A stretch of 64,000 nt of DNA from Takakia lepidozioides (lineage: Eukaryota > Plantae > Bryophyta), in the NCBI GenBank assembly GCA_030704615.1, contig CM060732.1, forward strand, positions 79,856,001 through 79,920,000, in the 5' to 3' direction. Position numbers and translations under genes: made by a program. Numbering within the stretch: position 1 is the first letter of the stretch; each line of letters begins with the position of its first letter. Of the stretch, positions 24,391-34,436 are shown piece after piece. The notes under the pieces were generated by a model, which was not told where the DNA came from, ran no database searches, and was given only the letters and a program-made list of their open reading frames with translations.

Positions 24391-25887
24391 GGAGAGAGAC
24401 AGATGGAGTGGAGACATGGGCGTAAAGATAAGGGGTGCATAGCTCTAGCCAGGGTGAAGCACAGGCTTTGCCCTCCACTGCCATGCCCTCAGTGGACACT
24501 TCTCCTTGGGCTGGAAATGCACCAATAATATCCATAGATTAGCATCTTGCTATCTGTTTTGGCCTTAACATGGCTTGGCTGGAAGTGAAGCCCACTCCGT
24601 GGGTGTTCACATAACACTGCAACATCTTGTCAATCTCAGATAGGCAGGAGTCTCTGGTCAAGCCTGTCATGAACACATCAGAACAATCCTACTGAGCTCA
24701 CTCCTACCTCTGCTTTTGGAGAATATATATTGAAACTTTCAGGTACTGGTTTTCAGGTTGTGGCTAGACCATGCACCCATTACGCACGTGAGGATAACCT
24801 GGCAAGCAAGCTTCAGTGTAGCAGTTCTGTTCAGACTGCCTATGCCCAATTTGGTGACTGGGTCATGCCTAATTCCCATGATTTAAGGGTTACTTGTGCA
24901 TCACACAACGGGTGGTCCAGCACCCACGCGGTTGATTTAGCCACTGTCATGGTTTGAATGTAAGTCCAAATATGAGAGGATCCAGACCTTTTGCACACAT
25001 CAAAACTGTTTTCATAATGCTGATACAAGTAGTTATACTTGGCTGCAGGTTTTAAATAAACAGTTTTACAAGAGCAATTTTGTACCATAAATGTATGTAG
25101 CCTCACTTTACTCGGATCTAATTTCAGGAATTCATGGCCAGGTGAATCAGAGGCCGTGGCTAATGTGCTTCATACCATCCTTGATTGTTTACGTTGGGGG
25201 TTGTTGGAAGTAAAACTAACAGTGAGGGGCCTATGATAGAGCTTCTTCAAGCATTCTGCAACGCATGAGACCTGTTGAAGCCTTCAACCTAATCGGACAC
25301 CAAACACACCTCACACGTCAATAGAAAGAGGAAGTGGCCTTCTTTTTCATTTCTTTCTCAATGAACCTGTCAACTTTACTAAACAACTTGTTTTTTGCAG
25401 CAGCACTGCAAAAGGGACATGCCCCTTCAACTTTTTTCCATAATCATGCGTCTCCAACCTCTCCATCACAACAGTTGATACCAGGGCAACAATGTCATTA
25501 AGTTACCTGCTAATTTGCTAAAAAAATCTCAGAAGAACTGTACTAGGCACTATAGAACAAGGATGCGCCTTCCCTCTCCTTAAACTAGGTCCAAACTAGG
25601 TCCATGACATCTCACCCTCCTTATCAGATAACCTTTCCAGGGGAAAAGCTCAAGTTGCACCAACAATGATTTGAGAGAGCCCAACAGTCTGCAGAGATAG
25701 CATAACCATGTTGTTTCCAGTAACTAGCGAAACTAAGAGAATTGCGAAGGAAGAGACTTGGTAACAACTGAAACAATTGGTCTATTCCTACCAAGCTCAC
25801 ATAAAGCAACAGCACAGGCCTGCTCTTCCGACCATCTGAAGAAATTGGTGGATGGAACATCTGGAAATGTTCGCATACAGTTGCCAT

Positions 25888-26871
25888 TCACCTCACCGGT
25901 TGCTGGTTGTAGTGATTTCTTTCCTTCTTCTTTGCTGCCGCGAGCCTCGCCGCCCTGGCCGCAGCCTCTGCTGCTGCAGCCTTCGCGGCCGAATCTCCCT
26001 CTTTCATAGACTTTTTCTTCTTGAGGGAAGCCAACTTTTTCAGTACCTCTTTAGGGTCTGCCGGGGCTTCCCTAGCTTCTTCTCCGAGACTATCCTCTTC
26101 TTTTCTTATTCCTTCGCTGTCGGGAGTAGGGGGAACATCCCCGTCCCTCCCTTCCTTCATAGACTTCTCCCTCTTGGCCATTCGCCTTTTGGCACTCTTA
26201 CTTTCTGTCAACGATTGTCCACCTCCAGGTCGCTTATTCTCAGACTCCTCATTGCCATCCTCACCCGTCTCATCTGCCTTCTTCTCCTCCACGGCAGGTT
26301 CCGAACCGTTTTGCTGGCCAAGTCCAAGCTCAGCAAGCACTGCATCTAGCTCTGCGAGTTCCTTTTTCTTCAACTCCCTCTTTGAAAGCTGCCGCTCTGG
26401 CTCCCTGTAGACCGCAGGAATCGCGATCTCAGGTTTGGCAACAGCTTCCTCACCGCCTGCCGCTGAAGCACTCTCGGCCTCTGCATCCTCCTCAACTTCG
26501 TCATCTCCATCTTCTTCACCATCCCCCTCATCGTCCCCTTCAGACTCCTCTCCTTGGCTCAATCTGTCCTTTACGGCCATGGCGGCAGCTTCAGACGCCT
26601 GATCGGGTGTCCAGGCAACAGGAGGGGGCGCGGTGGTGGCATAGTAGTCATCATCGTCATCACAATCCGCCCACGACTTCACCGTCACCTGCGTCGGGGC
26701 CCAGAATTGCGTACTGTTGTCGTTCTTCTCCGCTTTGGTGTCCTTGCTTCCCGCCTCCTCCTTGTCAGATCTCTTCTTGCTGGACTTCCTGCGACGGCTC
26801 TCAAGCGCAGCAAATATGTTACTGCTTCTTATCGGCAGTCCATCCTCCTTCCTGTTGCTTCCTCCGACCAT
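25888..26871 (-). CDS. Conserved plant acidic/Lys-rich protein (At4g32610/At2g25670-like, function unknown), 327 aa
   Basis: Family motifs MVGGSNR..NIFAAL, FWAP..VKSWAD.DDDDDYYATTAPP, ERQLSKRELKKKELAEL, AAAKKKERNHYNQQPVR*; single-exon ORF. Confidence 0.88.
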   Translation of the reverse strand: MVGGSNRKEDGLPIRSSNIFAALESRRRKSSKKRSDKEEAGSKDTKAEKNDNSTQFWAPTQVTVKSWADCDDDDDYYATTAPPPVAWTPDQASEAAAMAVKDRLSQGEESEGDDEGDGEEDGDDEVEEDAEAESASAAGGEEAVAKPEIAIPAVYREPERQLSKRELKKKELAELDAVLAELGLGQQNGSEPAVEEKKADETGEDGNEESENKRPGGGQSLTESKSAKRRMAKREKSMKEGRDGDVPPTPDSEGIRKEEDSLGEEAREAPADPKEVLKKLASLKKKKSMKEGDSAAKAAAAEAAARAARLAAAKKKERNHYNQQPVR

Positions 26872-27522
26872 CCTAGCTCCTCAAACCCTCGCCGCACCGC
26901 AGACAGCCCTCAACCCTGAAACCCTGAGACGCCCTCTCACAGCAGCCTCACACGCTCTGCGAGGCCTCACACCACGCTACACGCCCCTCGACCCTGCTGC
27001 TCCCCTCTACCCCCTCCTTACCCTCACTCTCGCTCTCATGCACATGCATGCCGCCTCGCCGTTTGGCATGGCCCCCATCACACATACATACATACATCCT
27101 GGCCTCACCTTCTTAACTTTTTTTTTTTGTTTTTTGGTTTTTTTAGTGAACATTTTTTTTAATTTTATTTAGAACAGGGGGATTGTAGCCCTGATTAATT
27201 TTATTAATAATTATTTCGGGAAAAAAGCGAACATTGTTTTGAGCGAATAAATATTTTATTGAAAAAAAGTAACGTTTCTTTTTAATCTCTTTTTCTAATT
27301 ATCCCTCAACGTTCTTTTTTCCTCATGTATCTGATTTTAATTTGATACTCTTTATCCCTTTCTTTTCTTTTGATGATCATTTACTAAAGGGCTTGGCAGG
27401 CTTGCAGTGTCCCCTTCCTTTTATTATAAAAGAAAAATAATTAAATATCTTTCATTTTTGTTTTTGTTTTTTTTTTAATTATCGTCAAATAAAGCTCCAA
27501 GGGCTTCCTCCCCTTTTCTCGA

Positions 27523-27546
27523 AATAATAATAATAATAATAATAAT
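27523..27546 (+). repeat. (TAA)n microsatellite in AT-rich intergenic DNA
   Basis: aataataataataataataataat. Confidence 0.8.
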
Positions 27547-27779
27547 CGGACCTCTTTTGTCGTGTTACCATATCAATTTTTTTATTTTTATTTCTAGTTC
27601 TATTGTTATTTATGGAAGGGCCAGAAACCGAGTAATTTGAACATTCAAAGAAAGAACCCTTGGGCGGTAGGTGTCCCATGAGCCTTGTGCACCTCATGGG
27701 GAGGTTACTATATGAAAGAGGTCTTTTTTTTTTAAGATTCTTTACTTTTTTTCTCTTAATTTTTTTTTTTTCTTAACTT

Positions 27780-28045
27780 AGAAAGGGAAACACCTGGGAG
27801 CGTCTCCTCTCAAAAGTGCATGAGACTGGCCGACGCGCATTCATTGTTAGTGAACCATGCTTCCAAAGGGATCCCGACTAAAAATGACCTCTTTCACATT
27901 AACCTTGCCATGAAGGCGTCCAAATGGGACACCGCCAAGGGAAAAGGGGAGAAGAACATACCACAACCCTCAAGATAGCAGGATTTGACCCCAGAATCCT
28001 CTCAATGGCACTCAGTGCACTATCCAACTGAGCTACTGACTGTTG
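27780..28045 (-). mobile_element. tRNA-derived SINE, copy 1
   Basis: Minus strand: A-box TAGCTCAGTTGG (28024-28035), B-box-like GGTCAAATCC (27981-27990), body collinear with 52935-53163, and an A-rich tail (T-runs on + at 27725-27775). Confidence 0.75.
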
Positions 28046-28102
28046 GTTTTTTGTAAGGGGCCGGAGGGGCGGACGTTCAGGCTCCAATGTTGGTATCATT
28101 CT

Positions 28103-28438
28103 TAGTGTTGGGTGGTTCTTTGATTCAGCCACAAACCCCAGGAGGTTATCAAGAAGGTTATGTGGATATATAACTGTGGTTCTCAAAAAAACAAAGAGAT
28201 GGCAAAGGCTCATGCCCGCGGGTTACGTAGTTTTGAAGTAACCAGCCTGAAAAGAGTCAAAGATCTGCTGGTTATTTGATGAAAACTACCGGTTCTTTGA
28301 GGTTCTTACAATTAGGTAGTTAGAACTGGCGGTTCTTTCCATTAAAGAAAATATGGAAAACCCGGGACCGGAGGTTCTTTGATTCTAAGATTTGGTGAAC
28401 CGGAGCTTATGAAAGAAATCAAATAACCACCCAACAGT
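28103..28438. mobile_element. MITE with ~22-bp imperfect TIRs (hAT-like (C/T)AGTGTT end)
   Basis: Left end tagtgttgggtggttctttgatt and right end aatcaaataaccacccaacag are reverse complements; internal ggttcttt/aaccgg repeats; no clean TSD. Confidence 0.65.
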
Positions 28439-28989
28439 TATTTTCTCCTCTCACATATAATTAAGGGCCCGCTTCATTTGTGACTCAGCAGTAGCGAGTC
28501 CTAGGTCTTTTCCTTTTTGTAATACAAAAATTTGAGAAAACAAGAAAGAAGATTTCTTTTTGGAAGCGATCTTAAAGTGTTCTTTTTTATTCTTCCCGTT
28601 CGTTTTTCTTTTTTGAAGAAGATGAGTCCGAATAATTTTCTTTTCTTTTTTCAAAGAAAATAAAGTGATGCATGATTTCTTTCATTCTTTCTTTCTTTGG
28701 AGCAGCTGAAAATGCATAAAAATAAATAATAAATAGAATGGGTTTCATTGGAAATTAATAAACAATAAAATAAAAATCAGGGAAAAAAAACTTTTGTCAC
28801 AAGGGTCAGAGTCTTAACTTGAAAAAGCCCTACTGGTGAGTCCAAGTGAAAGATCTACTTTTGGCCACTTTGCGAGGTTATTTTTCCTTGTTGTTTAGAT
28901 TTGATGACCACGCCTCCACGGTTTAACGTAAGAAAACATGATGGTTCGGATTAATCAAAATTGAAGTTTACAGCCTTGATTTCTTCTCC

Positions 28990-29823
28990 ATGGGGCAGGT
29001 TAGTGGGCTGGAGTAATATGAGTGAGTCAATTGAAATGAGGCGATGAGGAGTTTGAGGATGTATGGGGGGAGGGTAGTATGGGAGTAGGCTTGCGCGAGT
29101 TTGTTGAGATTACGGGGCTTCTTAGTGGGGGTATCGCCGTCTTGTTTTGGAGGCTGTAGCTGGCTATTCTGTGTGTCAGAAATAGAATATTTATACCAAA
29201 GTCAGGCAAGCCGGCTAATTTGCATTCGGTGATGTGTAGTTGTATATTAGGAGTGGCTAGTGGTTGGCTGATGTAGCGGGTGTCAGTGGGTTGGGTTTGC
29301 GAGACATGATGTTGGTGGGTGTGCCTTAGATAGGTGGTGTTTGTGGTTTTGTGGAATCTGATGAGGAGATGAACCGGGTCGCAATCGTCATGTGATCCAA
29401 AGAGGTAGTCTTCAATTTGTCATGTATTATCTTCTGCTGGGAACCCCTCCCATTTACACAAATAGTATGTACCAACACATATCGCTCCGAATGCGTCAAG
29501 TGATGTTTGGGTTTTGATGCCGAGGATGGCTTCAATGACGAAGGCCCCGGGGTGGTCTGGGTCTGGTAGGTGGGGGTACGGTGGTAGAGTGGGTGACAAT
29601 TGGGATATAGGGGGTGATTGTTGATGTGTGTTAGGTGATGTCAGTGACATACAAGGAGGTGCGGTGAGGGGGGTATAGACTGGGGGGTTTTGAGATGCTT
29701 TAAGTAGTCACTAGTATTGATGGGGCTGGTGCTGTTCTGAATTCCAGGAGGAGGTCTTGGATATTGTGCGGATAGAGCTTGCATGGCATATCACATTGTA
29801 AGGTGCAGGAGGCAGATGGGTGC
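28990..29823 (-). mobile_element. 3' part of LINE family A (Dualen/RandI-like), including a chromodomain-like segment
   Basis: C/A-rich coding strand like 31792-34436; translation GAFVIEAILGIKTQ...TYYLCKWEGFPAEDNT*QIEDYL followed by TDTRYISQPLATPNIQLHITEC. Confidence 0.6.
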
Positions 29824-30181
29824 CTCCATCAAGAAACCTCCATTGGGGAAGCTTCTTAGGGAACTTCCTAGTAGCCACTAATATATAAGGAACTAGTCTG
29901 GACACACTTTAGTCTCGCCAACACAAGTTCAAGCTACTCTTGTTTCCAGTCCCAGTACTCTAGTCCAGTTTCCAGTATCTGGTACTCCAGTCCAGTTTCC
30001 AGCATTCCAGTATCCAAGTCAAGTTCCAGTATTTTATACTCTTGTCTATTGTTATAAAGATCATCTTGATTCATGTATACCCATCATGCATTCGACCACG
30101 CCGACCTTGACTTCTTGTCTAGTCTTGTACCTCTAGTCTGATCTCTTGTTTGTGTTCAGTTATGTTCTTGTCCTTGCAACA
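29824..30181 (+). mobile_element. 5'-truncated LTR of the Tcn1-like chromovirus (no PBS after it, so a 3' or solo LTR)
   Basis: Collinear with 39471-39850(-), 40680-40797 and 47108-47353; ends ...ccttgcaaca. Confidence 0.85.
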
Positions 30182-30190
30182 GCCTACAAC

Positions 30191-30267
30191 ATCATGAATC
30201 CTAGTTACGCTGGGCATTCAGAGCTCCATGATAATCTGAAGGCTCTGTCCAGGCCATGCGCCATGAT
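30191..30267 (+). pseudogene. Dynein heavy chain AAA1 motif fragment
   Basis: IMNPSYAGHSELHDNLKALSRPCAM matches the conserved dynein HC motif [22 protein letters not shown].AM. Confidence 0.75.
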
Positions 30268-30269
30268 AG

Positions 30270-31791
30270 CTCATGTCTATGGCACTCTCAATGTGTGTGG
30301 CAGCCTAGGAAAAACGACGCATCAAGGGTTTGATAATATTGTGCATACAAATGTGACCTCATGGAGTGCTATGATCAAGATGCTGCGAGGTTGCCTTGTT
30401 GCAGCATAACATGATTACTAACGATTTTGCAAGCAACGACTAGAGCCCAATTACTTCAATGATTACAGCTCTGCCTCCAACACCCCATATTGTAATTTCT
30501 CAGCTATAGATCATTCATCATCCCCTTCGAATTATCAGCTACTTTTACAATTCCACTTGCACAGCCTTCGATGCAGTCAATATGTAGCTTATCAAGGAAC
30601 ATACAAGATGAACAAGTTGCAGCATCCCCGCCGACAGTCTCTCTCCACCCGAGCCAGCCATGGCCAAGCCACCAGCATTGCAGCTCACGATTGTTTGAAA
30701 TGTTGGGAGTCCTTGTACAACAACATTACCCCTGCTGGTGTTAAGACTCGTGCGGACAGGCATCAGTTCTTTCTGCAGCTGCAACAACTGGCCCAAGGCA
30801 GCCCTAACCCTATGATGCTCCAGCCTTATCACCGTGATCAAATCAGCAGGATAGGCACAAACCGACAACTTGATTGCTTCATCCTCACTACCACTACTTG
30901 AACACACACACATAATCTCAAAGGACGCATGAATGACACCCTCTTGACAATGCCAACCCTACTAGTGGGACTGCAAGGAACTGGAGGAATGAGAGTAGTT
31001 TTACCGTGGCTCTTGAGGGGCAGCGGATGATACCGTTAAAAGCGATTTCTCACTCAAGTTCAGATTCAGACCGCTCAAGCAAGCAACCAGAACAAATCAA
31101 AGAGGGAGCTCACTTGAAGAGATTCTCTCTGGAGACAGCCCCTGTTAACATGTATGCCAACAGCGGAAGTGTAAAGGATGCATGTCAATTTTCTGACCAG
31201 TTCGTTCAGCGATCCACTCCATGCCAATGCAATGATCTGCCCCCACTGCAGTTCCGGGTTGATTTCAAGGAGACACAACAGACCGAGTGCATGAAGATTT
31301 ATGTGCAAACGATACCAGCGTATGATCAGCATGGGTGTGGTAGCATTGTGGTTGTTTGTCAAGTGTTTGACAATATGGTGCAACACGATGCGCCCCCACA
31401 GCAGAAGCAGCAAACACGGTTGATTGGCCATGTCAAGGCTGAAGTTGTTACAGATGTCGTGGAGACCTATGATCAAGGATGGAGGAAGGGGTAGAGCCAA
31501 ACCACATTACATTTGTGTGCATTTGCAATGCTTGTGCAGGCCTGACAGCCCTGGAAAAGCGCAGAGATGTGCATTGACATCATCAAAGCTGGAGTTATAC
31601 CAAATGTCATTCTGAACACTGCCCTGGCAGCTCTGGAAAAGGGCAAAGAGGTCCATGGCGACATCGTCAGAGCGGGAGTTAAGTACCAACTGTTATTCTG
31701 AACTATACCCTGGCAGTCACGTATGCAAAATGTGGGTACATCAAGGAGGCAAAGGGAGTGTTTGACACTACGGCTGAGCGAGATATCGTGT
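30270..31791 (+). pseudogene. Scrambled PLS-class PPR gene fragments
   Basis: CGSL...FDNIVHTNVTSWSAMI; NMYANSGSVKDACQ; VFDNMVQHD; AALEKGKEVHGDIVRAG; YAKCG...AKGVFD...ERDIVS; many frameshifts; interrupted by the LINE at ~31792. Confidence 0.8.
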
Positions 31792-34436
31792 CTCACCCCG
31801 CCCCCACAGCCGCGGATCCTCTCACCTATACCACATTGCAATATCACAACCTTCCAAAAACACTTCCAACCTGCCTCCTCTAACTTCATACACAAAATAT
31901 CCCCAATATTGTTAGACACCAACCTTCCCCCCACCGAAGCCTGGGCCATAACTGAAAACCTACTTACAGCCACTATGCAAGAAATGACAAAAAACGTTTT
32001 GGCTACGTGCTCCTCTCCCCCTGACCTCCCACAAACTACTCGATCCACACAAAATGGAGGCTATCTTACCCGCACCCAAAAACGCAAATGGACTCTACAC
32101 CTCAATATCTATCACTCCTTTAGACGCACCCTCTCCATCACTCCTACTTGCCCAACCCCCTCATATAACAATTGGCAAGTTGACCCACATATTATTGCCT
32201 TGAACACCCTACCAATATGCCAACCATTAATGTCTCCCCGCACATACCCGCTTGCTCTCCCCCAGTGGACCGCCTCTCTCTCCAAGATTGGAAGAGATGC
32301 CAAAAAAGCTGCATATGCCGTCACAAAGCATAAAGCCACCGAAAACCACAAAAACATCGTCACTTCCTTTGGAAAGCTACTACACGACCACCCCAAAAGA
32401 GCTCACAAAGGCATCTTCAACCCCGCAATCAACCCACCTATCGACTACATCAAACACAGACTTGGCCATATGTTAACCCACCCTTGAGGATATTAGACAT
32501 GAATTCTGGCTACAAACTTCTGACTCATATACTCCCACGGTCAATAACTGCTTGCACCCTAACCTACACCAACACAACTGTTTATGTAAAGTAAAACACT
32601 ACCCATGGCACGATCGTGATGACTTCTCACTTGAAAAACGAGGCCGACTTGAAGACCACATCATTAACTTCTTTACCCATGACCTATTCAACTCATGCCT
32701 AAAGGCTCTTTCTAAATCAAAAGCCCCGGGCCCGGATCTAATCCCCAACACCATCCTACAAGCACTTGACCCCCAGTTCCATTCTCTCATCTTTAAATTT
32801 TTTCAACTTTGCTACCTACTTCAACATATCCCACTCTCCTGGAAACATAGCCGAACCATTCTATTATTCAAAAAAGATGACCCAACACATCTAAGTAATT
32901 ACAGACCAATAGCCCTCGCCAACACTATCTATAAATTATTCACCAGTACCCTAACAAGGATGTTGTCTAATTACGGAGAACAACACCAAATTTTAAGTGA
33001 CCCCCAAGAAGGGTTCCGGGCCACACGAAGCACAATCCGTCAGATACAATACGTTATCTCCGCCTTAGAAGATGCTAAACTTACCAAACAAGACATCTAC
33101 CTCCTCTATATCGACTTCAAAAATGCCTTCGGCTCTCTGGACCACCCTACATTATTGGCCATCATGTCAGATCTAGGTTACCCCATCGACGCCATCCAAC
33201 TCATCGGTAACATCTACACCAACAACACCACAAAATATTCTGGTTCATGACTTCTATGGCTCCACCCCCCCCAATTCCCATCCTACGCGGCACCATCCAA
33301 GGGGACACGCTGAGCCCCTATCTCTTCGTTATCTTCCTTGAACCATTACTAAGATGGCTCGCCCGAGGCAACTTAGGATACCAATACAAAACCTCTACTA
33401 ACGAAATATCCGCAGCCGCTTACGCAGTCGACCTCGCTATCCTAGCACACAAGCCACAACATCTCAACCGCCAGGTCGATAAATTAATCTCCCGCTTTAA
33501 CCAATGGTCAGGCATGGAACTGAGTCTTCACAAATGTGCGGTCACTGCAGCCACACATAATAACAAATTCACTAAATCTACGATCGCCTCCCACAACAAG
33601 CTCCACATCCGTTACCAACAATTTTTTTTTTCCATTTTAGGTCCAAATGAACCCTACACATACCTAGGCAACCAACTAGTCCTATTGCTTCCCTGGAACA
33701 TCCAAAAGCAAACAACCCTCTCTAAACTAAACAACAAGAGCCTAGCCCTTCTCAAATCCCCCATTTCCATTCGTCCCAAAGTAGCTATCATCCAACAAGT
33801 CCTCCATCCACAAATCCAATACGCCTTTCATGCAGCCCTCTTTTCCCTACCGCTGGACAAAAATATTATCCAACTCACCAAACGTATGTGTGGATTACCT
33901 ACCAGTACCCCCAACGTTCTCACTCAGCTCCCCCAAGACAATTATGGCATAGGATCTACTCCCCTTATTATCTCATATGCCCCCACACTTGGTACACAAC
34001 TCCTAGAAGCCCTCAACGACCCGGGTCGTCTAGGGCTCATTTTTCAAGGACTACTCAAGCACCTTGCCTCCAAATACAACGGGCTATACTCCCTCCCCAT
34101 CTTCATCCCCAATCTTGCCTCCACTCACCCGCCGCCCGAACCCTCTTTCTCCTGCGCCAAATGAAAATAAGCATACAAACTGATCTTCCTGGCTATCCCA
34201 CCTCCATATCACCACTTGAACATGCTTGGAACAATAGCCCCTCTTCATCACAATTTGAAAACTCACATCCTAAACAGAAAAAACACATCCTCGCCTACTT
34301 CAAAGCTCGACATATCACTAACCTTGCCCAACTCACCACTGCGGATGGACACCAGCTCCTAACCTCAAGTCAATTCACCTTAAAACACTCACGTACCACG
34401 ATTAAGACACGCCGCTACCTACTCCATTTGCGTCTC
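31792..34436 (+). mobile_element. LINE family A reverse transcriptase region (Dualen/RandI-like), frameshifted
   Basis: KAPGPD, NYRPIALANTIYKLFT, QEGFR, LEDAKLTKQDIYLLYIDFKNAFGSLDH, IMSDLGYPIDAI, GTIQGDTLSPYLF.IFLEPLLRWL, AYA(V)DL. Confidence 0.85.

Noticed and set aside
27975-28043. Functional tRNA gene
   Set aside because: It has A/B boxes but a degenerate T-loop (GGTCAAATCC) and no convincing acceptor stem, and it is embedded in a longer repeat shared with 52935-53163, so a SINE head fits better.
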